64,000 nt of DNA from Octopus bimaculoides (Eukaryota): assembly GCF_001194135.2 (NCBI RefSeq), contig NC_068987.1:23864831-23928830 (forward strand). The letters run 5' to 3'. This document shows positions 26,380 through 36,061 of the stretch, piece by piece. Within the stretch, counting starts at the first letter, position 1. The number at the start of each line of letters is the position of its first letter. The translations under genes were made by a program, and so were the position numbers. The notes beneath the pieces were generated by a model that saw only the letters and a program-made list of their open reading frames with translations, was not told the DNA's origin and did no database searches.

Positions 26380-27470
26380 TGACTGGTGTTAGCAAAACTA
26401 TTTGGTTTGTTATTCCGTATAGAAGGCAAATTAAATCTCATCTTCCTTTACAGTTCCATGAAGCGGTTAGTAAGAACTTTCCAAAAAATACTAGATATTA
26501 TTCGATTATAAATTCTCATAGACTCAGAGTAGCATTTTCCAACACAAAAAATCTTTCGCAAATTATATCTACTCATAATATACACCTGTTAAATAAAAAT
26601 TCATTTACTGAGAGTTCCAACATTAATTTAGTTAATACCAACCTTTCCCCTAATAATAATAACAACAAAGTTTTGATCTCTGAGGTCAACCCCAACAGAA
26701 TTAGATTTATGTCTAATAATTCTAAGATTAAGAATTCTATATATCAGTGTAAAATTACTTCGGTACCGAAGTCCATTTTTATATCAGAACTTCTTCTCAG
26801 TTATCTAAAAGAATTTCCAATCATCATTCTACATTTAGAGATAGTAGTAAACGCAATAGCACAGGACTTAGTAAATTGATTTGGAATCTTAAAGATAATA
26901 AGAAATTTATCTTAGATTGGTTCATCCTGTCAACCTCTTTCCTTACGACAAAGGTAAAAAATTTTGTAACATTTGTAATTCTGAACTGCTCCACATTCTC
27001 TTCTCTAGGAATCCACTTGTAAACACGTATATAGAGCGTTCTTACCGATGTAAACATTGGCAGCAACACACCATTAGCTGATATAGGTGATTTGTACCAA
27101 TCTATATAGTTTGAGTATTTAGTTCTTCTTTTACTCTACGTCCAATAGAGATATCTATTTTCTAGCCTTTGATAATTTATTTAACTCACATATCACTCTA
27201 CATTTCTCCTTTATTAGTTCTCTCCTTATTGATTTATTTACCCCTTCTCTTCATATGCGCTACCTTTGACGTCATATCTACTAACGGTTTAAAAAAAATA
27301 CTTAATAGCATTCTGTTCATCATTTACACAGTCATCACATTTGTTAAAATGTCTTATTGTTGAGTATGATTTTTCTTTCTTTCCCTGATGAGAAGATTAC
27401 ATTATTTTATACCATTTATTCCTTTGGAATAATAACCAATGTTGTCTTCGAAACATATGCTGGAAGTAAA
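26380..27470 (+). mobile_element. Penelope-like element (PLE): RT-to-GIY-YIG linker, endonuclease C-terminus and 3' pLTR with hammerhead motif
   Basis: KTIWFVIPY..HEAVSKNFPKNTRYYSIINSHRLRVAFSNTKNLSQIISTHN resembles the PLE motif IWFNPPY..KHFP..IFNRN..VSYSC..NM..IISSHN. Then IYQCKIT and KRNSTGLSKLIWNLKD..DWFIL..PYDKGKKFCNIC..CKH (PLE RNSTELSKYIW.LK..PY..G.K.CNLC..CRH). CTGATGA..GAAAC follows downstream. Confidence 0.9.
27380..27466 (+). ncRNA. Type I hammerhead-ribozyme-like motif with long stem II; cleavage triplet decayed
   Basis: Stem I TTTCC(27380)/GGAAG(27462); core CTGATGA 27385-27391; stem II GAAGATTACATT..AATGTTGTCTTC; GAAA 27450-27453; palindromic CATATG; triplet reads GCT instead of GTC. 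Confidence 0.7.
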
Positions 27471-28119
27471 AGAATTTGAATAACACCTGCGTTTAACTCC
27501 ATTTATTTATTCATACTATACAAACTACTGCACATTAACCCAGTGTTTCTGCCTTTGAACAGGTTGCTACATTCTTGTTACTTGCGGGAATTTTGCTACC
27601 CTGGTAACTGTTTATTGAATTTTCCGTGTTAACTGTAAACAAAAGAAAATTCACTCATCCATTTACATGGGACGAGGAGAGGACTTTCGAAGAGAAAGAA
27701 ATTCCTAAATTATTTTTTTGCTTGAGTGTAATAGACAAAAGTTTGAAAAAAACTTGCATTCATTATTTTTTTTGTTTAGTTTTTAAAAAGATCCCATGCA
27801 TCATGGAGAGAGAGAGAGACAAATTCATAAATATGGTGTTGAATATGGTTTCACTATAGAAAAAGTTAAGGGCAATTTAGCTGTTGTTTTTAGCATGTCT
27901 CACGACCGTCTGATACCTGCCTTATTTGTTTAATAAGCAAGTTAACAATGAGTGTAGGAAGATCTTTATTGAATGTTTTAAGGTATAAGCCTCGTTAGGG
28001 GTAAGAAGAATGTTTTACAGTATAAAAAATGCGACAACGTACCTTTAAGGAGTTATTGGTGAACGACACCAAGAACAGGTATACATTCTTTCGTGTTATC
28101 AGGAACATAGGAGCGAAGA

Positions 28120-28213
28120 TAAAGAATACGCACACCCGGTGTTTAGGGTTAGAGTTATAGGTTAGGGGTTAGGGTTTTGTTACGCCGAAAACGGTTGGTG
28201 TGCGTATTCTTTA
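28120..28213. repeat. 17-bp inverted repeat enclosing degenerate TTAGGG repeats
   Basis: TAAAGAATACGCACACC (28120-28136) and its exact reverse complement (28197-28213) flank TTAGGGTTAGAGTTATAGGTTAGGGGTTAGGG (28143-28175). Confidence 0.8.
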
Positions 28214-28792
28214 CCTGGGTATAGTCTTGCAACCTCCAAAAGAAACTTATGAAATCGCTGGGTTGGCGGTGAGATGGCCCGTATGAAAAATAACCGAACG
28301 ACATATTGTTTCAAGTAGCTAGGTCTCATTCCGGGTCGAACAATACACTTTTGCAGGCTTCCCCATAAACGCTCAGTATTTTGAGTGTGAATAGAAAGGT
28401 ATTTATATAAAATTCAATTGCAAGATATCCACTTTCCTCAAAGTTATGGGGGGAAAGGTCGGACCTTGTGAATTTTTTGAAAGTCCTCTCCTCACCCCCT
28501 CGGAAAGGATTTCCCCCCACAATTTTCTTTATAATCGTAATCTATGCCGTTTGAAAGGTATTTATATAAAATTTCATTAAAAAAAGACCATCTTCCTAAA
28601 AGTTATGAGGGAACTCCCCAGCCCCCAATTGGTTTGCGTGCATTTTTGTTTACATATTCGTTTCATACACATTTTTTAAATTCCCGTTGCACTAGTTTTT
28701 TTTTTCCGTGACGGGGTAATAAAGTAAACATTAACCAAAAATACTTCCTTTCTTTCTCACTCTATCATCCTCTCCATTCTGTAAACCATTCT

Positions 28793-29025
28793 TATTTCTT
28801 TATTGCCCACAAGGGGCTAAACATAGAGGGGACAAAGAAGGACAGACAAAGGGATTAAGTCGATTACATCGACCCCAGTGCGTAACTGGTACTTAATTTA
28901 TCGACCCCGAAAGGATGAAAGGCAAAGTTGACCTCGGCGGAATTTGAACTGAGAACATAAAGACAGACGGAATACCGCTAAGCATTTTGCCCGGCGTGCT
29001 ACCGTTTGTGCCAGCGCGCCGCCTT
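28793..29025 (-). mobile_element. tRNA-derived SINE, family A (head AAGGCGGCG.GCTGGCA), full length with target-site duplication
   Basis: 16-bp direct repeat TTCTGTAAACCATTCT at 28777-28792 and 29024-29039. Body GAGTTCAAATTCCGCCGAGGTCAACTTTGCCTTTCATCC recurs at ~17560, 33850, 51240-52090, 52380 and 57690. Confidence 0.92.
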
Positions 29026-29049
29026 CTGTAAACCATTCTGTCTCGCGTT

Positions 29050-29315
29050 TACTGTTGTAACTATGTCTGGTATCAAAAATATTATTACAGCCACTTTCAT
29101 TGTTTACAATCTTCTGTACCGCTGTATTTGTGTACATACACCGACGCAAACAAAAAGTTAGAACGGCTGAAGGGTCAAGCAAAAACGCTGTACCGGTGTA
29201 TTTGTGTATCAGTAAATAACTATGTTGTAACGATTTCTGGTACCAAAAAATTATTACAACCACTTCAATTGTTTACAATCTTCTGTACCGGTGTATTTGT
29301 GTATCAGTAAATAAC
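29050..29315. repeat. Imperfect direct repeats (~95-bp block twice, ~30-bp block twice)
   Basis: TGTTGTAAC..TCTGGTA.CAAAAA..ATTATTACA.CCACTT..ATTGTTTACAATCTTCTGTACCG.TGTATTTGTGTA at ~29054 and ~29226; CTGTACCGGTGTATTTGTGTATCAGTAAATAAC at ~29189 and ~29283. Confidence 0.8.
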
Positions 29316-29318
29316 CAT

Positions 29319-29801
29319 GGACCCGTTCGTACCTCGGTGTGAAATAATGTTTTTTTCGAGTGCATTCAACATAACTGACCTCCAAACCCGCCGCAAGCCA
29401 CTTTTTTCCGGAAAAGAAAGAGAGGGAGGGGTCAAAAAATTATTTCGCAGCGAAATATCGGCGGGTTCTTTGTCGCAAATAGCTGTCACGTGGTAGTAGG
29501 GTGTATTAGAAAAAACAGCCAAATCTTTCCTTTTCAGGGGAAAGAAGCCCTTTACGTGTGATTTCGATGTCACGTTTGTTGAAGGTTTTTCTTTTCCAGA
29601 TTATTTCGTTAATAACCTGGAAAAGTTAAACAAAATTCCGCGAAACAAAACCCCGTTGGTGGGAAACTCCGAGGTCCCCCCACACACTATCTTTTCTGGG
29701 AAAAAAAGTGGCTTGCGGCAGGTTTGGAGGCTAGGTGCTTTGCACGCACTCGAAAAAACTCGTGGAAAATGATCATTTCACACCGAGGTACGAGCGGGTC
29801 C
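29319..29801. mobile_element. MITE-like element with ~100-bp imperfect inverted ends
   Basis: GGACCCGTTCGTACCTCGGTGTGAAAT..TTTTTTCGAGTGC..CCTCCAAACCCGCCGCAAGCCACTTTTT is mirrored at 29690-29801; no clear TSD. Confidence 0.75.
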
Positions 29802-29890
29802 TTTCCGAAATATTTACTTAATCTTGCCTAGAAGGAAGGTGTCAAATTACACTATAAGCAAAGAGTACTGTTCTCAGGCTATGAGTTTAT

Positions 29891-29921
29891 AACCCGAGTG
29901 AAACCGGGTCCGTCTGCTTGT
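29891..29921 (+). mobile_element. Possible Helitron 3' end (hairpin followed by degenerate CTRR)
   Basis: Hairpin ACCCG-AGTGAAAC-CGGGT, then 7 nt, then CTTG|T. Confidence 0.4.
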
Positions 29922-31310
29922 TGCTTATATAAATTGGTTTCATTGAGATGACGTGTAGAATTACCTCCCATGTATTAAAGACCTTACTAAACTATTTCAT
30001 GGATCCGTTTCGTCTTCACTTCTAGAAATGGATTTTGGCGATTCTCAGATTCCTTGCAGATTTTATTGTTTCGTATTCTTTGGACAAAACAGTAATTCTG
30101 AAGGTAAACTAAAGGTCAGTTTGAACACAATCATTCTTTCAAGTTATTTGTTTACATCCGAACTAAGTCTGATCAAGTAGACCAATGACCAAATACGTTC
30201 CAGACATGACATTCCCGTTTTTTTTTTTTGTTGTATCTAATGTTATTTTATCCTACGCAACTTCTTTTTTAAAACCGTATGATGTAATCTGTAGGATGTT
30301 TAGGTTCTGTCTTCAGCTCTTTGAAACTTGACTGTTACGATTCAGGTCACGTGTAATAGAGGAAAACTTATAGTGATTTGTTGCGACCATTCTGTCTTTT
30401 ATTGTGTTTTTTATGTATCTAATATGCACTTCATTTCTTTAACGAATAGAACCGTGATTTAGGTGTGTGTGCGGGTGGTTGATTTGGTAGCTACTTCTAG
30501 CGGATCGAGTGACTGTGTTGATGGTCCTGCTTCATTTTATGTGCATTTAACTCTTGTTATACTATACATATGAGGGATATATAATTGAATGATTCACAAA
30601 ATATTACAGCATGATATATTCTAAAGAAAGCACATCACTTATTTTGACGCCGGAGAAATAAACTCTAGGGCAGCTTCTGTTTGGGTGATCTTTGAGTTAA
30701 AATCATCAGTTTCATTTTTATGATGTTTGTTTACTAAAATCATATCAACAAACACAAAGGCTAATTTCAGTTATTGTCGTTTAAGTTTTACATCATTTCA
30801 GACTACACAGAAGAATGACAAAAGTGCACGCGACAATCGACCGACACATTAATACCGTTATTTGCTGCAAGGTTACTAGTGGGCTGCTGCGGATTGGTGT
30901 TGATGTTATATTCTGTTCCTTTCTTTTTAACTTCCACTACTCTCAAACAGCCTGTTAGTTTTCACTATTCGTCCACTATATAAGATTCCATCGTGAAGTA
31001 AAATAACATTGTCAATTATTTCAATTTTTGTTTCATATTTTGTTATGGTTTGTATTGTTTTTTTCCTCGATGTATTAGAATTTGTTGTTGGTCACTTTTT
31101 TCGACTTTGTTGTTCTTTAACATAGAATAGAAATTTCAATAAAACAATACCATTTGAGAAAATTGAAACCCACGTGAAACGAATGTTATAAACTCGAAGA
31201 TCGCTCCTGTCTGTTTTGTGCGTGTGTTTTCTATTACTTTACACCACTTTAATAAAGAATAGTTTCTCAACTAGGCACAATATCAAGAGTGCATAGATAA
31301 CACTCTTGAT

Positions 31311-31690
31311 ATTGTTGTTGGCACTCCGTCGCTTACGACGTCAGGGTTCCAGTTGATCCGATCAACGGAACAGCCTGCTCGTGAAATTAACGTGCAAGTG
31401 GCTGAGCACTCCACAGACACGTGTACCCTTAACGTAGTTCTCGGGGATATTCAGTGTGACATGGCTGGCCCTGATGAATTACAGGCACAACAGAAACAGA
31501 AAGTAAGAGTGAGAGAAAGTTGTGGTGAAAGAGTACAGCAGGGTTCGCCACCCCACCCCCTGCCGGAGCCTCGTGGAGCTTTAGGTGTTTTCGCTCAATA
31601 AACACTCACAACGACCGGTCTGGGAATCGAAACTGCGATCCTATGACCGCGAGTTCGCTGCCCTAACCACTGGGCCATTGCGCCTCCATG
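31311..31690 (-). mobile_element. tRNA-derived SINE, family C (head GGAGGCGCAATGGCCCAGTGGTTAGGGC)
   Basis: A-box and B-box (GTTTCGATTCC); near-identical copy at 48989-49375; (CAA)n tail. Confidence 0.92.
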
Positions 31691-31727
31691 CACATAGATA
31701 GATAGATAGATAGATACATACATACAT

Positions 31728-31788
<61 letters not shown>

Positions 31789-31799
31789 TGAAGGGCTCT

Positions 31800-32450
31800 G
31801 CCTAAATCATCATATCTTTCTTCCTCACAGCAAAGAAATATTAAAAAATGGCTTGTCTCAGCAGACAAAATTAAAAAGGCATCACCCAAGAGGTTGATGA
31901 AAGAGATGCACTGGAACAGCCACTCAGCTAACTCTGGTCCAATGTTGATGAGCAGGGATGTGGTCTAGGGGTCAAGAATGCCAGAGGTTTCTACTACCAC
32001 AGGCTTGATTACAAACTTGTCAGTAACTGATATTGTGACAGTTTGCCCTTCTCGGCCTGACAAGCAGCAAAGCTGCTGGAGAAGATTTCAGAACATGTGG
32101 CATCCCAGATGAGGGCCTTGCAACCACAGAACAGGAACATTGTCATACCTTCTGGCCTTTTACTGTCCCCTCAGTCTAGCCCCTCTGGCTCAAGGTAGGA
32201 AGCAAAGCTTGTGATGTCTAGGCTATGCTTTATGGTCTCATTGAGGGTAGCATGACATGAAAGGCAGCCAACATTATAGTGACGTGACAGTGGGTGGAGG
32301 AAAGAAAATTCAGACCTGCAACAGTATTTGTGAGGCTCAGGGAAACACTAATGCGCAGACAGTCACTATCAAGCTGAATTCCAGGTACCACTGTGGGGCT
32401 GGGAAGCTGATCAGAAACATACCAGATGGTGCTAATAGTTAAGTTCAAAA
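31800..32450 (-). mobile_element. CRE-like non-LTR retrotransposon, restriction-like endonuclease C-terminus (decayed)
   Basis: Minus strand: LDSDCLRISVSL / CHATLNETIKHSLD..LEPEGLD*GDSKRPEGMTMF..KALIWDATC / FVIKPVVVETSGILDP..EWLFQCIS..GDAFLILSA. Matches the CRE-clade pattern RHAALND..LEP.GL.RGDGKRPDG.T..WDATC..P.AVETSG..FQRIS..RGNA.SIL. Confidence 0.8.
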
Positions 32451-32977
32451 ATTAAGCCCATCCATCAGATTGTAACAAACAGCTACAGTATACCTAAGCA
32501 AAGATTCAAAACTGAACCCACATTTTCCACATTGACAAACAAATTCTTGGCCTATTGTCTTAGCCTTTCTGCACTGAGAGATTAATGAGAAAAAACTGAC
32601 CTCTTAGACTGTTTTTGAAGTATCCATCAGTTAAAATTGATGTGGTGAAGAATTCCTATTGTTTACAGTTGACCTAATTAAATTAGCAAAGATATAAATA
32701 CATAAGCCAAATTACTCATGCTCTTTCAGACATTCGGCATCAAGCTGAGGAGCAAGCTTTCTCACTATGTTGGTTAATACATGCAAAAGTAGACTTCTTA
32801 CCATTTCTGTCTGCATGCATTCTTTCTTCCTAGCAGGCACACAAGGAAACAAACATATCATACAGAATGGAGATCTACAAAGAGACTATGTGCACACAAA
32901 CAACTTGACAAGGTTTTATATATATTATTTACATTATTTACATTTGATGGATATTTGTTCTCATCTTGTTTGTTGTT

Positions 32978-33023
32978 AACACAGTGTTTCAGCTGATATA
33001 CCCTCCAGCCTTCATCAGGTGTC
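32978..33023 (-). ncRNA. Inverted, decayed copy of the same hammerhead motif
   Basis: GACAC-CTGATGA-A-GGCTG..CAGCT-GAAA-C-ACT-GTGTT; U16.1 is lost. Confidence 0.7.
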
Positions 33024-33207
33024 TTGGGGAAATTTCGAAGATGGGTTCTCATTCCTATGTCCACGGGCATATGGTGTAGTGGTTAAGAGCGCAGGCTACT
33101 AACCCTAAGATTCCAAGTTCAATTCTAGGCAGTGACCTGAATAATAACAGTATTTGAACATCGAAAAATACCTTAGGAATGAGAACCCAGGTTCGAAATT
33201 TCCCCAA

Positions 33208-33253
33208 GATACCTGATGAAGGCTGGAGGGTATATCAGCCGAAATGTTGTGTT
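33208..33253 (+). ncRNA. Minimal type I hammerhead-ribozyme motif
   Basis: Stem I GATAC/GTGTT; core CTGATGA 33213-33219 plus extra A; stem II GGCTG-GAGGGTATAT-CAGCC; GAAA 33241-33244; T-G; triplet GTT. Confidence 0.75.
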
Positions 33254-33847
33254 AACAACAAACAAGATGAGGACAAATATCTGTCAAATGTAAATAATGT
33301 ACATAATTCCTCATCTCTTAAATATAGAACTGTATTAAAGTTTTATATATCTTATACATTATAATGACTTGCATTATAATCATTTTCAACATTGTAACAA
33401 CATGATAATTGATACTTAATAAATGGTCATATTTAATAATCAAGCAAATAATATTGTTTCTCAATCATTTCTTTGATGCGTCTTCACATAAAACTTTGTT
33501 GTTACAAGATATGAAACATGTTCCTAATATCCAATGCAAAAGTGTTTTACACATGCAACCGGGGACCTCACTCAAGCAGCATTTTCCTTCCTACTGCACC
33601 AAATACCCAATGCCTTTCATGCCACTCACCTCAGTGACATTTCTGATGCATATATTTGGATTCACCTATTTTCACAGTAATGGGACGTCCAGTTGCTGTG
33701 GATGATCTTCCAAAAGTTGCTCACATATTTCTATCAGGAGCTTACACCAATTAACCATGGTATTATTACTCACTTGCAGTTCAAAAATCATTTTGTTCTG
33801 TGGATAGTCTCTTACCCATATGTACATTAGTTGAATTATTAATGTAA

Positions 33848-34065
33848 GGCAGGGAACTGGTAGAATACGTTAACATGCTGGGCAAAATGCTTAGTGGCAT
33901 TTCGTTCATCTTTATGTTCTGAGTTCAAATTCTACCAATGTCAACTTTGCTTTTCATCCTTTCAGGGTTGATAAAGTAAGTACCAGTTGAGTACTGGGTC
34001 AATGTATTTAACTTACCCACTCCTCCAATATTGCTGGCCTTGTGCCAAAATTTGAAACCATTATT
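33848..34065 (+). mobile_element. tRNA-derived SINE, family A
   Basis: AAGGCAGGGAACTGGTAGAA..TTCTGAGTTCAAATTCTACC..GCTTTTCATCCTTTCAGGGTTGATAAA..GTACCAG. Confidence 0.85.
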
Positions 34066-34679
34066 AATGGTTATGTGAAATGGCTCCTCTCAAAAAGGAA
34101 TTGACTTGTTTAGTCTGAGTGAATTCACAGGAACCAGACCACCTCTTCCTGTCAATTCTTTCTCTACAGTTCATAAATGATGAACCATTATTAAATTGCT
34201 CACATGTAACTGTGTTGGATATCATGCATTGACATGTAATGCCTTCTCTGTGGTGTTCATTGATGGATAAAGTACATTAGAATGATGTACATTGATTACT
34301 AGTTCTAAAATACTTAACATATCACTGTAAGGTACTTTACATGTAACCTGAGTGAAAGAGATTCCAAATGAATTATGAAAGTTCATTAAGAAATTACTTC
34401 TGAACTGCGTTGTTTGCCATATATAATGTCAATAAATTATTGCTTGATTACTGTTGAAGCTTGTTCCAGTAAATGTTTAAATCTATGTAAGGTTTAGTGT
34501 ATCATACCAAACAGTCCTTTCAGTGTGATGCCAGCTTCAGGTGGTTCCCATAGATTTGTTTTCATCTATATATATAAAAGACAGGATGTGTATCTGTGTG
34601 TGTTTGTCATGTCATTAAAACTCAAGATCCACTCAACCGATTTTAATGTAATTTTACACATGCAAGTGAAATCGAAATC

Positions 34680-35397
34680 GAGTTAAATCCAACAACTGGC
34701 ACCCATGCCAACGTCGTCTCCTTCATTGGACACGAAACTCAGCTTGCGAAGACTTATTGGGGCAAGCGAAAGTGAAATCGTGAAGGCACCTGTGCCCAGC
34801 ATCACCTTTCTGGCACTTGTGCCCGCGGCATGTGTAAGGACTTTCGAGAGAGATCGTTGCCAGTGCCCCTGGACTGGCTCTTGTGCGGGTGGCACATAAA
34901 ATACACCATTTTGAGCGTGGCCGTTGCCAGTACCGCCTGACTGGCCTTTGTGCCAGTGGCACGTAAAAGCACCCACNNNNNNNNNNNNNNNNNNNNNNNN
35001 NNNNNNNNNNNNNNNNNNNNNNNNNNNNNNNNNNNNNNNNNNNNNNNNNNNNNNNNNNNNNNNNNNNNNNNNNNNNNNNNNNNNNNNNNNNNNNNNNNNN
35101 NNNNNNNNNNNNNNNNNNNNNNNNNNNNNNNNNNNNNNNNNNNNNNNNNNNNNNNNNNNNNNNNNNNNNNNNNNNNNNNNNNNNNNNNNNNNNNNNNNNN
35201 NNNNNNNNNNNNNNNNNNNNNNNNNNNNNNNNNNNNNNNNNNNNNNNNNNNNNNNNNNNNNNNNNNNNNNNNNNNNNNNNNNNNNNNNNNNNNNNNNNNN
35301 NNNNNNNNNNNNNNNNNNNNNNNCCCGTCCTCAGTCAAATCGTCCAACCCATGCTAGCATGGAAAGTGGACGTTAAACAATGATGATGATGATGATA
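34680..35397 (+). mobile_element. RTE-associated 3' UTR repeat ending in (GAT)n tail, spanning a gap
   Basis: Reverse complement of the 3' UTR seen attached to an RTE ORF end at 61642-62176. Confidence 0.85.
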
Positions 35398-35777
35398 TAT
35401 ATATATTTACTGTCTATACTGTTTACCCCTTTCCCTTTCCCTACAAAGAAAATGCTAGTGCCCTCTTAAGCTTTGAATCACTAGGTCTGATAAGATGATC
35501 CATAAATCAGAAACAAAAAAACAAATAAAATCAGTGACAGTTAAAAATCTGCTTAGAATTTACTTACTAGCCTGTATGGTCTGGCTAAATCAAAATGTTT
35601 TTTTTTGTATTCTTCCTTTCTACTTGGAGAGTTTAAATGTAGTTATAAAAATATGTCCTGTTGAAATGTATATAATATAAGCAATATATATAAGCATGTG
35701 TATGTATAAAAAAAATTTTCAGAATGAGATAAAAATCCAAGGCTGTGAAATATTTTAGAACATTTATAAATAGAAGG

Positions 35778-35823
35778 TCTTACAGCTGTTTCCCGTATAT
35801 TTTATATATCCCTTCATCAGAGA
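35778..35823 (-). ncRNA. Type I hammerhead-like motif, stem II base decayed
   Basis: TCT-CTGATGA-A-GGGATATAT-AAA-ATATACGG-GAAA-C-AGCT-GTA-AGA; palindromic CAGCTG stem III; GTA triplet. Confidence 0.6.
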
Positions 35824-36019
35824 TGGTGTGAGAAAATGGTTAAGCAATAGTTATTCTAGATAAGATATGAAGTAGGGAGTGAAGTGGAGGAATGAAAATA
35901 GACATGAGATATGCAGAGATATGTGTGTTTTCATTTAGTACTTCATCACCACTAATTAAATTAGTAGACTTACTATTACTAACATCATTATTTTCTCTTT
36001 GAAAATGAGNNNNNNNNNN

Positions 36020-36061
<42 letters not shown>

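Larger units (their letters stand above)
32925..33330 (+). mobile_element. tRNA-headed SINE-like element (33065-33330) with hammerhead-motif tail and an inverted headless copy (32925-33057) at its 5' end
   Basis: A-box TGGTGTAGTGG 33072-33082; B-box GTTCAATTC 33117-33125. Arms 32925-33057 and 33174-33307 are reverse complements (about 90% by eye), each with CTGATGAAGGCTG..CAGCYGAAA. Confidence 0.85.

Noticed and set aside
33065-33136. tRNA gene (and likewise the tRNA-like heads at ~25537, 29025, 31690, 47695, 49375, 53334)
   Set aside because: A and B boxes are present but there is no complete cloverleaf or acceptor stem, and each continues into a repeated SINE body.
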